From: Eledone cirrhosa
Taxonomy: Eukaryota
Length of the DNA: 64,000 nucleotides
Assembly: GCA_964016885.1 (NCBI GenBank)
Contig: OZ024741.1
Location: 387,066,001 to 387,130,000 of the forward strand
Reading direction: 5' to 3'
The notes beneath the pieces are model-generated. The model saw only the letters and a program-made list of their open reading frames with translations. It was not told the DNA's origin and ran no database searches. Made by a program: the position numbers and the translations under genes. Shown piece by piece: positions 1-11,717 of this stretch; position 1 is the stretch's first letter, and every line of letters starts with the position of its first letter.

Positions 1-1200
1 GCAGCCAATTTTTGGGTGAGACTGGCTATCCTGCTCGTTACTTCATCCCAATTCTTTTCCACCTGGAGGTCTGGTCCAAACCAAACCCCAAGCAACTTTA
101 CCGGTCCATCCATCCAGCGCCCCACGACGCTGTTAGACGGCATGGACTTGCCTCTCCAAGTGCCAAGCTGCAAGCCCACCGACTTTTCCAGGTTAAGTTT
201 GGCTTCTGTCAACCTTTCATATTATTCAATAAGGTGCCGACCACCCCGATTTCCGAGGTGTTTGACACCATCACGGTGATGTCTTCCACATAAGCCAACA
301 CAGCCTTTCCACATCCTGGTTCAAACGGGAGAGCCGAAATGGTTCCGAGAAGTGGCCATTAACCTTGACCACCGAGCATGTGCTGCTGTGCATTGCAGCG
401 ATCCAGCTTCTGAAGACAGGGCCGAAGTCAGCTGCTTTGAGGACAGCCTCCAAATACCGATAGTCGACCCTATCGAATGCTTTCGATTGATCTAAATTGA
501 TCAGTGCCCCACCGAAGCCAGGTTTACACCCTACCCTCTCTATGATGTATCGCATGAGGTAGAGATTGTCGTGTATGGACCTGGTTGGGATTGTGCAAGT
601 TTGCGCCTCCCCAACCAAATCCTTGACGACAAGCGCCAATCTCTTTGCTAACACCTTGGCCAAAATCTTAAACTCTGTGTTGAGCAGAGTTATGGGCCTG
701 AAGTTGTCTATTGTATCCCTCTTGTTCTCGTCTTTCCTTATCAGCATCACCACGCCCCTGCTCACAGAATTGGGAATACTCCCATTCTGCTGCCGGTTGC
801 AGTAGAGTGCTTCGAGGAGATCGGAGAATAAGTCTGGCATATTTATGTAAAGCTCGTAGGGCAGGCCATCCAAACCAGGTGACTACTGCCTCATGCAGCC
901 AACAAGGGTATCCTGAATTTCGGCTGAAGTAATCTGCCTTTCGCAGCGCTCAGCGTCGACCGTCGAGATGTGCGGCAAGCTGTTGAGGTAGGGACTGAAA
1001 TCCACTACTCTCTCTGACTCGCCAGTCTCCCCGAACAACCGAGCAAAGTGCTGGCGAAAGGCCTCACACATCCGCTTGGAATCGCTTATCTCATGTCCAT
1101 CTCGGTTCGCCAAAGACCGAGTTGTGGTTTTATTACCACGCTGCGCCTCCGCCACGTGGGCCCATCGAACAGCTTTGGTTCCCTCGTTTCTCAGCACACA
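1..1200 (-). pseudogene. Tx1-type ORF2 reverse transcriptase remnant, frameshifted and internally deleted
   Basis: ORFs 271..873 and 883..1197 plus continuation below 271. The QGCPLSP motif is absent after FSEPFRLSR, and no APE endonuclease is present upstream. Confidence 0.85.
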
Positions 1201-1249
1201 CGTAGAAGATCCTGTCTATATACGATCTAGATGACCCTATGCGGTTGGT

Positions 1250-2140
1250 CTATGTCCACACTAGCACATTGGGGAAATCTACTCGATACCTGTCAGACAG
1301 TTGGAACTGGCTGATTAGGTGCTTAAGGATTTTGCATCCCAGGAGCCACCATATGTTCATTCTTGGTGGGATCCTGAGAATGTGGGCCTTTACTGTCCGT
1401 TTGCCCATGTAGGACGAGTGCATAATAATGTGTTCCATTCTGCAGGGGTCACCGAGTGGTTAATAGCAAGGGCCTCGGTTTTGAACAGTACCGAGATGGT
1501 ACCGAACTGTTTGGCCCTTGCTTTGTACTTGATGTCATTTCCGATGCACTTTAAAGCAGCCTTGACTTCTGCTTGACTGGTGAGTTCCACTTTGCGTGCC
1601 AGCACTGAAATGCATCTAAAGTACACCGTCCTCCTTTGCATGGCTGCTATTGCCTCGTCCGGGATGGTCAGGTTTGCCCAGGACTTCTCTCGTTTAATTA
1701 ACTTCCATGCCTGGGCCAACTGTTGTTCCTTATCACTAATATCTACATTGAAGAAGCACTTTGTTTTCGCTGCGGCTGCTGCAAATGTGGCGCCTCCGTT
1801 GCTCTTGTTGTTGTTGTTGTTGCCACCACCATCGGCGTTTACATGTCAGTGTTATTGTCGTTGTTATTCTGGGTTGTTATTGTGGTGGTGGTGGCGGTGG
1901 TGGTGGTGGTGGTGGTGGCAGTGGTGGTGGCGGTGGTGATGTCGTTTTGAGATGATACTGCCTCTATCACAGAAGGGAGCAGTTGTGATGGTAACTCTTG
2001 TGTCCTGCCTCCACATCCAGTGGAGTAGACCACAGGCACGTCTGTAGTTGTAGTAGGAATCTTGGTGGGATCTACAGTGGCTGTTTTTTAACTTTTGACC
2101 TGTACATTGTTTACCGTTTCAAGGTCGAAAAATTCCATAT
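1250..2140 (-). pseudogene. Tx1-type ORF1 remnant
   Basis: Low-complexity T/N-rich N-terminus, TFAAAAAK, then RRTVYFR...FGTISVLFKT and YMGKRTVKAHILRIPP (RRM-like ORF1 segments). Positioned 5' of the RT on the same strand. Confidence 0.55.
1805..1938. repeat. (TTG)n/(TGG)n trinucleotide tracts inside the ORF1 remnant
   Basis: Directly visible; encode poly-Asn/poly-Thr on the minus strand. Confidence 0.9.
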
Positions 2141-2328
2141 TTTTTTGGTGGGGAAGCAATTTTGTTTCGAAGTTTTAAAAAATAAATCTGAATATTCGGG
2201 CTTAAAGCCGGAATATTGAGAGGTCTCCCTTCTGTGGAAGAAAATACAAAAAAATAATACTTTAAAACAGTTTAAAATTACGAACCTTTTCTCCCGCAGA
2301 CTTGTACGTCTTCACACATGTGTGTCTA

Positions 2329-2535
2329 CAATAATAATAATAATAATTCTTTCTACTTTTAGCACAAGGCCAACAATTATCCCAGTGTATTACTGGTACT
2401 TTATTTTATCGACCCCATAAGGATGAAAGGCAAAGTTGACCTCGGCAGGATTTGAACTCAGACAATAAAGGGACATAACTCTTTGCTGCAAAGCGTGGCA
2501 TCAGACCCTCTACCGATACTGCCAATGCACCACCG
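2329..2535 (-). mobile_element. tRNA-derived SINE (family A), near full length
   Basis: Minus strand has an A-box-like TGGCAGTATCGGT, B-box GAGTTCAAATCC, body GCCTTTCATCCTT..GGGGTCGATAAAATAAAGTACCAGT and an (ATT)n tail. Homologous copies at ~9510, ~11866 and ~15490. Confidence 0.85.
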
Positions 2536-2561
2536 TTAATAATAATAATAATAATAATAAT

Positions 2562-3112
2562 GGTTTCTTTGTTGGCCACAAAGGCTAACATGGAGAAAAA
2601 CATTACAGATGGCACAGGACGATACAAAGTGGGTTTTGTCCGTGTAAAAAGGTTATAAAAGACAGAAACGTGTAAAATAAATTAAAATTCAAACAACAAA
2701 AAATTCCCCAATAAGGGAGAAGCCACCGGGGGTCACTCGTGGAGAAAACCACACATAAGACCATGACCACCCTGACCACCAGGGCAAGCGCCCTCTCTGT
2801 TTTTCCACTCCTCAGTCTACAGGCGCACTCTCGGACCAGACTGGCCACTTTCACCCACCTTTCAACAAACTTACAAGAAGACAGCACTTGCCTCCCTACC
2901 CTGATTTTCCTCTTCAAGTGAAACTCGAAAAAGTTAATCAGGGATTGGCCGGAGAGGAAAGTCTCCGTCTTCAACCCTTTCAACCTTGTCCACCTCACAA
3001 TCTCTTACGCCATGGCCACCAGGCAGATGAAGACTGCTTGCCCTTCCTCCTCTTTAAAGGAGGATGGCGGGGCTATCTGCACAATGGACTCAGTCAATAA
3101 CCGGATCCGTCC
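2562..3112 (-). mobile_element. 5'-truncated Tx1-like copy: ORF2 C-terminus plus 3'UTR
   Basis: Minus translation GRIRLLTESIVQ...WTRLKGLK...FVERWVKVA, then a T-rich 3'UTR. (AAT)n on both sides. Confidence 0.7.
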
Positions 3113-3231
3113 TATAATAATAATAATAATAAAATAAGTAAATAAAAATACACACATACACACAACCAATCCCACACATACCTACATATATACATTTACA
3201 CAGCCACACAGTATATACATATATACACAAT

Positions 3232-3280
3232 CCTGGATGGCCATTGACTCTCGTGAATTCTTCCGCCCATACATACCTAC
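3232..3280 (+). mobile_element. Very short 3'-end fragment related to the LINE at 6440-6702
   Basis: GACTCTCGTGAATTCTTCCGCCC (DSREFFRP) resembles the minus-strand 3' end at ~6460-6485 (GSREFYPP). Followed by an ATAC-rich tail. Confidence 0.4.
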
Positions 3281-3339
3281 ATATATATATATACATTCAT
3301 ACACACATACATACTATATACATACATATTACCATTGGT

Positions 3340-4993
3340 AATGATGTAGGCAGGTGTTTTCTGGGATTAGTACAAAGAAAGCATCAAGACTGGTTTAAAG
3401 AAAATGATGAACATATAGATAAATTGTTGGCTCTGTCACGCTACTTGGCAGCAAAGTCACAGGAGAAAAATATGTTGCATAAGGAACTCAAGGACGTGAA
3501 ATCACTTATGAGAAGAAGGCTCTCCCCGATGAAGGATCAGTGGTGGAGTGAGAAGGCTGATGAGATACAAGCTGCATCAGATTCCAATAACACAAAGCTG
3601 CTGTACAATCTCTTGCATGAAGTTTATAGACCGTCTTCTTCTCTGGTGACACCACTTTGCAGCAGGGATGGCAAGGAACTTCTTTGTGACTCACGGGGAA
3701 TTCTGCAAAGGTGGCGAGAACACTTTGATGAACTTTTGAATCAGCAGTCTGTCATCAATGAATATTTCCTCAATCTCATTCCTTGTGGAGGTTGCAGTAG
3801 CTATCTCAAAGCCGAACAGTGGAAGGTCTCCAGGTATGGATGCCATACATGAGGAACGCTTACAATATGGTGGTGAGAAACTTCTGCAACATCTTCACTC
3901 TTTGTTTGGCAGGATATGGGCTAGTGAATCCGTGCCTGAGGACTAGAGAGATGCAGTAATGGTAGTCTTGTACAAGAGAAAGAGTAACAAGAAGGATTAT
4001 GGAAACTACAGAGGTATATCATTGCTTTCTGTCATAGGAAAAAAAGTGTTTATGTAGGATGCTTCTGGACTGTCTGCTGACACACATTGCAGATTGTGTT
4101 CTTCCTGAAAGTCAATCTGGTTTTCGTGCTGAACGTGGCACTACTGATATGATCTTCTCAGCTAGACAGCTTCAGGATAAGTGTGTGGAACAAGGTTTGG
4201 ATCTGTATCCGGTTTTTGTTGATCTGACAAAAGCTTTCGATACTGTTAACAAAAACGTATTGTGGAAAGTTCTCGAGAAACTTAGTTGCCTTGATAAGTT
4301 CCTTGCTTTGGTTAGGTCTTTCCATGATGACATGAAGGCTTGGATTAATATCAGAGCCTATCTCTGTGAAAAATGGAGTGAAACAGGGGGATATTCTAGC
4401 ATCGACTCTATTTGCCATATACTTTGCAATGATTTTCTATATTGCATTCAGAAATTGCAAGCATAGTGTTTACATCTACTATCGAACCTCTGGCAGCATA
4501 TCTAATATCAGGCGCTTTGCTGTAAATACAAAAGTATTTACCTCTATCATAAGAGATCTTCTGTATGCAGATGAGTGCACACATTTTGAATGCATTTTCT
4601 GATGCTTGCACTGCCATGGGATTAACTGTCAGTCCCAAGAAAACTATCGTCATGTACCAACCTGCCCCTGGTAAGCAGTACAGTGAGCCAAATATCTATG
4701 TGTATGGTAAACAACTTGGAGTGGTTGATCAGTTTGTCTACCTGGGAAGCACTGTCAATCAATACAGCAATCTTGATAATTAAATTCCACACAGGATTAA
4801 GAAAGCAAGTGATGCTTTCAGAAAGCTAGAAAGACGCCTCTGGTGTCAGCGAGACATATGCAAGAAGACAAAGGTAAAGGTGTACAAGGCATGTGTGCTC
4901 TCTTCTCTTCTTTATGCCTGCGAGACCTGGGTCACATATCAACACCACCTTAAACAGTTGGAATGTTTCCATCAGATGTGTCTCAGACGGATC
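3340..4993 (+). mobile_element. Degenerate RTE (BovB-like) LINE: linker plus RT, truncated at both ends
   Basis: RKHQDWF, QWWSEKADEIQ, RWREHFDELLN, SPGMDAI, NYRGISLLS, LPESQSGFR, FVDLTKAFDTVN, GVKQG, LLYADEC, YLGS, LYACETW, CLRRI across stops and frameshifts. Confidence 0.92.
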
Positions 4994-4999
4994 CATTTC

Positions 5000-5822
5000 A
5001 TACCATTCCATTGGAGATGAGGTCTCTGTAGATGATGCCAAGGAGCTTTCTGAAGCACCTCATCTCCACAGCCTGTATCCTTCTTTCCAGATCTGCTCAC
5101 AAGCATACAAGAATATGGACATGGCCAGAGACCACATCAGTCTGATCTTTGAGCTGAAGGCTATCTTCTTGTCATTCCAGATGGTCTTGAGTTTTGTAAG
5201 TGCTGTTGAGGTCTGAGCAGATCTGGCGAGATCCTTTATCTGAAATGATTGCCTCCAATTATTGTATTTGAAACTGTTGACGCACTCTAGTTTCTCAGCG
5301 TTGACCTTTATGTCAGTGCTGATGCGTTGATATTGTTGGTCATCACTTTGGTCTTTTCTGCACTGATCTGCATGCCGTAGGTGGTAGAAGTCTTCTCAAG
5401 ACATTCCACTAGCTTAGCTAACTCCTCTTCTTTCCCTGCTAGACCATCTATGTCGTTGGCAAAATGCAAATTCATTATAGTCCTGCCACCAATACTGACT
5501 GTCCCTTCATGGTCTTCCAATGCATCTGTCATAACTCTTTCTAAGCTGTTGAAAATAGTTGGAGAGAGCAAACAGCCTTGTCTTACTCCGACTGTGGTTC
5601 TGAACCAGTCCCCAACACTGCTGTTTAAGTAGATTATGCTGGTGGCTTCGTCATATAGGCTCAGTATCACCCTCATCAAGTTTCCATTGATGTTGTACAG
5701 CTTCATTTTGGTCCACAGTGCTGCGTGCCAAACCCTGCTGAAAGCTTTCTTGAAGTCTACAAAGATGTGGTAGAGGTTCTGTTGGTGTTGGAAGTATCTT
5801 TCACATATTATCCTGAGGTTGA
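5000..5822 (-). mobile_element. Degenerate RTE-type LINE RT fragment (second family)
   Basis: FVDFKKAFSRVW, GVRQGCLLSP, HFANDIDG (FADD-like), KIRLM..IFLYACE, EMRCFRKLLGI. Confidence 0.9.
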
Positions 5823-5885
5823 ATATATATATATATATATATGTATGTATATATATATATGTGTATATATATATATATGTATATA

Positions 5886-6235
5886 TATCATCATCATCAT
5901 TATCGTCGTTGTTGATTAAGGTCTATCTTCCATGCTAGCATAGGTTAGACTGGTCTGTCCCAATTAGAGGCAAGTTGGGGTAGGTGACCGTGTCTCGCTC
6001 ACATAGGAGAGTTTCTGGGTGATTTTCTATGGCTGGATGCCCTTCCTAACACCAACCACATTGACAGTGTGTGTTGGGTGCTTTTTGCCATGTCCTTTAC
6101 ACGTCCACTTCAGTGTGGGCTGGGTGTTTGGGGCTGGTTTTCTATGACTAGATGCCCTTTCTAACGCCAACCACATTTACAGTGTGGGCTGGATGTTCTT
6201 TACAGAGTGGACTGGGCACCTTTGTTGTGTCACCG
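5886..6235 (-). mobile_element. RTE-LINE 3'UTR-type repeat (or SINE sharing that tail) with internal duplication
   Basis: Reverse complement of the 17175-17380 tail (GTTAGGAAGGGCATCCAGCC..AGAAA...CATG..AGCATGGAA, (ATG)n). The core motif is present twice. Confidence 0.75.
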
Positions 6236-6281
6236 ACACAACACAATCTCCTCTCCTGCATGCAACAATTGATCCCTCTTA

Positions 6282-6283
<2 letters not shown>

Positions 6284-6342
<59 letters not shown>

Positions 6343-6397
6343 TATATATTATATATATATGTGTGTGTGTGTGCGTGTGTTTGTGTGTACACACATC

Positions 6398-6428
<31 letters not shown>

Positions 6429-6440
6429 ATATACACATAT
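6284..6440. repeat. Compound (AT)n/(GT)n microsatellite
   Basis: Directly visible. Confidence 0.95.
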
Positions 6441-6910
6441 CTCTCTATCTATCTAAGGCGGGTAAAATTCCCGAGATCCATGGACGAGTTCTCTCCAGCG
6501 GTCTCTGTCCCTCATTATCGCTGCCATCTCCTGCATCTCCAACAGACCAGTGTCTGTCCTTAGGGCATCAACATACGTTAACCTTGGTCTTCCTCTTCTA
6601 GTGTGTCCATGTAGGGGCTCCCAAAGGAGCACTGAGTGCAATGTCAACTCTGGATGTCGGTGAGCATGTCCAGCTAACCTCAGTCTCCTCTGTGCCACAG
6701 CTTGAGATCGGTGTGGAAGTCGGACCTTCGTAGAGACCTGAAAATCCGCCTCTTCATTGCTGTAGTGGAGTCTGTGCTGCTGTATGGGTCTGAGACTTGG
6801 ACACTGACCAAGAAACTCACTCAGATGGTGGATGGGTGCTACACGAGAATGCTGAGGATGGCTCTGAACATTAATCAGTATACACTGAGGATGAAAACTC
6901 AGAGCTATAT
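6440..6910 (-). mobile_element. 5'-truncated, 5'-inverted RTE-like LINE insertion
   Basis: Minus 6453-6702: [10 protein letters not shown]...RGRPRLTY...WRELV, stop, ATAG-like tail. Plus 6702-6910: [28 protein letters not shown], the segment that normally precedes it. Confidence 0.85.
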
Positions 6911-6932
6911 ACACATATATATATATATACAT

Positions 6933-6986
<54 letters not shown>

Positions 6987-7020
6987 ACTAAAGAAATTAA
7001 AAAAATTATTTAGCCTGATA

Positions 7021-7076
<56 letters not shown>

Positions 7077-7091
7077 TATATGTATATATAT

Positions 7092-7143
<52 letters not shown>

Positions 7144-7155
7144 CATATATATAAT
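6910..7155. repeat. (AT)n microsatellite tracts
   Basis: Directly visible. Confidence 0.95.
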
Positions 7156-7156
7156 A

Positions 7157-7200
7157 TAATGAAATTTTTTTTATTGTGTAAAGTGCTCAGGTGCACTACA
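7157..7200 (-). mobile_element. Tiny CR1-type 3' end
   Basis: TATTGTGTAAAGTGCTCAGGTGCACTACA matches the CR1 3' ends at ~12495 and ~48158. Confidence 0.7.
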
Positions 7201-8027
7201 TGACATTATAAGCATTCGCTTAAACCAAAGGAAAACAGGCCCTTAGCCATTCATTTAATCTATTTATATACGTATGTGAGCACTCGTGCGTGTGTATGTG
7301 TGCATTTATGTGTATTATACATGCACACACATACACTTGTATATAAGTGATTGACAACCAGGTACTCTTGGGTATAAATAGCAATTAAGATATAATGTGA
7401 ATTATCACCATACCTACCTCAATTCGTACAACAGCTGTCGAGACATACGAATATTGTATGTAAGAAATAGCTTGACAATAGTTCTTAAATTTAACACATC
7501 CTCTTCAAATTGTCTGAGACCATTCCGATAATATGTTCTACGTGTAACTGCATAACGTGACACTCTGGGGGTAAAATATGTTGCTAAGGTAAACAACATT
7601 ATTATTATTATTAATAAGGGAGTTAATTGCATAAGGGAGATAACCTATGCAATCCTTATTTAGCTCAATGTTGCTTTAACTATCGCTTTTTTATCACGTC
7701 ATCGCTTACGTTTAGTTAGGAGCTAAAACGATTTAAACGCCGGGACGGTCTCTTATATTTTTATGCATAGTGTCTAGAACTACTTTAGTCAACGTATCCT
7801 TCTTGTCGTGCTAAAGTAGGCATATTCGAGATAATTGAATTATATAAATATTCTACATTAAAATATAAATTTAAAACGAAAAAATATATATTATATTCAT
7901 AATGTTTCACATAAAAATGGAACCTTATAAATATAATGCACAAAATATATATAATCAAAGCGAGAGAAAAAAAATCCTGAATCAACGCTGTTCCTACCAA
8001 GAATTGCTGTTTGCAAATAATCTTCTT

Positions 8028-8835
8028 GTCATCCCATCCTCATATCTGAGGGTTGCAGGGTGGGTGTCATGAACTTATGAACCACCACTCTCCATCTTTT
8101 CCTATCTCTTGCCGTTGCTGTACATTCCGCCAAACTCTTTCCTGTCCATTCCTTAATATCATTTGTCTTTTTCTTCTTCTGTCGTTCCCTGGCCCGTTTC
8201 CCCTGTATTCGACCCTGAAGGATGTAAATAGTCAAATTTTGGGCCCTTGGTAACATAACCAAAATACTGTTTCAACCAACTGTCGAGTGGCACTGTTTTC
8301 TTCCCGGACAGATTCATTTGTTCTGTGGGTTGTCCTGTCCAGCTAATTCTGAGTACACGCCTATAGCATGACATTTCAAATGTACTCCGTCGTTTCAAGT
8401 CAGATGCCTTTAAAATCCATGACTCACAACCATATAGAGATACGGGACACACTAATGTTTGGATTACTTTCTTTTTGGTGGACTTTGTAAGAGCTCTATC
8501 CTTCCAAAAGCTGCTGAGTGTGCTCAGGACTGTTCTTGCAGTTGCTAGTCTCGCCCTTATTTCCCAACTTCCCTCTGCCGTCTGCTCAAGTATTGAACCA
8601 GGGTATTTGAACTTCTCAACTTGTTCAAGCATGGCATCTTGGCACCGTATGTTCTTTTCTTCCTTCTGTTCAGTTGCTGCCATTGTTTTTGTCTTTTTGA
8701 TGTTGAGCTCCAGACTATATTCCCTTGAAATTCTATAAACTTTATCCAGCAGTGTTTGTAGATTTGCTGGTGAGTTTGCTATGAGCCTTATGTCGTCAGC
8801 TTACTGCAGGTTGTTGATCTCTTTCCCGCCGACAG
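8028..8835 (-). mobile_element. Degenerate RTE-type LINE, RT C-terminal part
   Basis: *ADDIRLIA, LNIKKTK, EQVEKFKYPGS, LYGCESW, RRVLRISW, ILQGRIQGKR, RKRWR. Confidence 0.88.
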
Positions 8836-9255
8836 ATATCAGCAATTGAATGAACAATTGAAACATCGTTTCCTTGCTCCGATCTGGTGACAGGCCCCTT
8901 TCCTTTACCCCCCCCCCCCCCCTAAATCAAACATCTCTGGTCAAAGAACAAATAGGAAACAGTTCAAAGATTTTATTTTAGTGGTACTGCAAACAATTTT
9001 CTGTTTGCAGGTAATAAAACCAAATCCCCCAAAAGGTTACCATTGACGTAAGATTTTTAAAATGTGTGGAAAAGAAAAATATTATTCTGAAATACGAGGG
9101 AAATTATTTAAATTTCATCATTTTCTCTAGCGTATAAAACTTCTTAATTTTGTTTTTTGAAATTTTTATTTATACACTAAAATACTATAGAATTATCTCC
9201 CTTACACTACGAAATGTATATATTTTTTAATAGGTGAAAGAATGGAAGTGAGAAA

Positions 9256-9505
9256 TCATCATTATCATCATCGATTAACGTCCATCTTCCACGCTAGCAT
9301 GGGTTAGGCGGATCCTATTTTGAGGCAAGTTGTGTCGGGTGACCGTGTCTCGTTCAAATAGGTGTGTTTCTGGCTGGTTTTCTATGGCTGGATGCCCTTC
9401 CTAACGCCAACCACATTTACAGTGTGGGCTGGGTGCTTTTTGCCATGTCTTTTACACGTCTACTTTACAGTGTGGGTTGGGTGCTTTTTGCCGTGTCTTT
9501 TACAT
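9256..9505 (-). mobile_element. RTE-LINE 3'UTR-type repeat with ~50-bp internal tandem duplication
   Basis: Aligns by eye with 5886-6110 and the reverse complement of 17200-17380; (CAT)n at the left end. Confidence 0.75.
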
Positions 9506-9509
9506 GTAC

Positions 9510-9562
9510 AGAAAAAATCAACTCCAGTACTAGATTGGTATTTTTTTTATCGACCACTGAAA
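9510..9562 (-). mobile_element. SINE family A fragment
   Basis: CAGTACTAGATTGGTATTTTTTTTATCGACC is the reverse complement of 15543-15571. Confidence 0.55.
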
Positions 9563-10134
9563 GAAATCTGCTGCATTTACATCTGGAGAGATGGGCTCCG
9601 CCAAGCTTAAAATACCAAAGAAATGCTGTGTGTTACTATAGCGTCCCTATGACTCCTTCAGGAGTTACAGTACCATATCATACCCTAATATTTTTACATT
9701 TCATTTGTAAAGATGGTGGGCAGTGTCTACCGTTCCCTCCCACCTTTACCCTACTTTGTTTAATTTTTTCTCTTTCTTTTTATATGCAATAAATATATTT
9801 ACATATAATAAATATGATTTACAAAAAAAAAAAAAAATAATTATGTAAATAAAATAAAACTGTGTTTTAGGATGGAGTATGTCTAGTTACAGAAGAAACA
9901 AGCAGTAGTTATTATTTCTATTGTTGTTGTTGTTAATATGTTTATTGTTGTAGTTATTGTTATGAACAAAGTTTTCTTTAAATGACATTGATACTGTTAT
10001 AAAGATATATTTATATACAAACACACTTAAATATTTATACAGATGCATATGTTTATGTGTGTGTGTGTGTGTGTGCTCATATTTGAATAATCTAATTAAG
10101 AATTCCAACACAATGTTATAATCATCATCATTTT

Positions 10135-11140
10135 ACACCTGTTTTTGTGAAGAAACGAGAATCCCAGACACGTTCCTGGTAGCAGATGTGGAGGAGGACT
10201 TCTAATTCCAAAGTCGGCAGATGTCTTTACTTTGGACTCCTTTAATATCTCTGCTACAACTCTTCGTGCCTTCTACTAAAAATGCAAGAAGGAAGACTTA
10301 TTTCCAAGCCAAGCTTTGTAAGCCTCCTTCTTTGCTCAGATGTCATCATTGACTACTTGACTGAACCAAGGGGTCCACCTGCCACCCGGTGCAACAGTTA
10401 AATGCTGCAGTGAAAGCGTTGAAGCAGAAACAGCCAGGTTGATTCTCCTTAGACCATGTATATTTATGGATGCCTTTGTGCTGAAATAAGGTGTTCATTA
10501 TAGAGTGTCCACTGCTAGAACAGTAGTCTAATAATCCATTCATATTTAGATCGATATCACTGTTCCTTCCAATCACTCCTTTCCATGTCAGGTGGTCTGT
10601 ACCAACATGTGCATTGAAGTCTCCCATCAGGATATATGACTCAGTCTTAACTACATCTGATGCTGCAGGGACTTCATCAAGGAAGGACCTGTATTCAGGT
10701 TCTCTGTTTGGCACATAAACTTGCACCACCCACAGACCTATATTTCATCCTAAGCTTTATGAGGCAAACCCTCCCTCCCAATGTGATCCAGTCTATAACA
10801 CAATCTGACAGCCAACAGTTTGTGAGTATCCCCTTTCTCGCCTGTGCAGTCTTTTTCTGACACCACACCTGAATAGTGGAGTTTCCATCTTCCATCCAAA
10901 TCTACAGTACCAGAACCATGGAACTTTGTTGAGGAAACCTTGACTAAATTAGCCGGTAGCATCTGGCCTCCTCCACTAGTTCCTGCTCCTTGTTTATAAA
11001 GGTTGTAACATTCCAGTTGCCAAATGTCAAGGTATTCTCCCTTCTTGGGTCTCAGGATACATAACCTTTGTGCTTCCATTTCATGCCTCCCAGGATAAGT
11101 CGCAGACTCATTGTCAGTTTTTACAGCATGAAATGGAGAC
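10135..11140 (-). mobile_element. Degenerate RTE LINE 5' part: APE endonuclease plus linker
   Basis: WNVTT..KEQELVEEA, VSSTK..GSG, QVYVPN, ILMGDFNAHVG, IMNTLFQHKGIHKYTW, then TPWF..AKKEAYKAW. A possible 5'UTR extends to ~11530. Confidence 0.85.
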
Positions 11141-11717
11141 TGCAATATATTTTGAATAGGCTCATCTACCTAAGGCCTGAATGCATCCCTTGTTATCCTG
11201 CACAAAGGACAATACAGTATGGATGTATTTACTATATCCAGTCATATTACAATGTTTTGGTGGTCTCATTAAGTGTAGTCACCAATTTGGTAGTTTTCTC
11301 AGACCTGCAAAGACAACTTTTTTAGAGGCAGCCTTTACTTATCTCATCATAACTACATCACTGGGTTATGAGAGTTTTCTATGGAGCTGACAGTGGCACC
11401 CTTTACTCCGCCTGCCCTAGTAGTTAGCCACTGTTTGTCCAGGGTTGCTTATTTGTCCGGCAGGAGCCTACATTTATCGCAACTAACCATCATATCTGGT
11501 GGCCGTATTACTAACCACCACCTGTGACCCATTCTCTAGCAGAACAATTCTACCAAGAAACAAGAAGCATTAATGGATATTGTCTTTAAAACCAACTGGT
11601 AAAAGCAACAGCCATGTTTTTATATGAGGAGGGGGGGGGGGCACTGAATGACTGAATGATCTAAAACAAAAATAACTTTTACAAACACATGGTTTTTTTT
11701 ATTTTTGGAATAACATC

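Larger units (their letters stand above)
1..2328 (-). mobile_element. Degenerate Tx1/L1-clade non-LTR retrotransposon (5'UTR, ORF1 remnant, ORF2/RT remnant); runs off the left edge
   Basis: RT motifs on the minus strand: DGLPYE, NFRPITLLNTEFKILAKVLAKRL, LDQSKAFDRVD, a degenerate YADD (AYVEDI, ~280-295) and KLLGVWFG. An ORF1-like segment and an AT-rich 5' leader lie upstream. Confidence 0.88.

Noticed and set aside
2440-2535. tRNA gene suggested by A/B boxes (also ~13610-13670)
   Set aside because: No cloverleaf; followed by SINE body and tail.
7600-9210. Inverted 12-mer TAAGGGAGATAA (~7632) / TTATCTCCCTTA (~9193) as TIRs of an element split by the RTE fragment
   Set aside because: Too short, with no visible extension or TSD.
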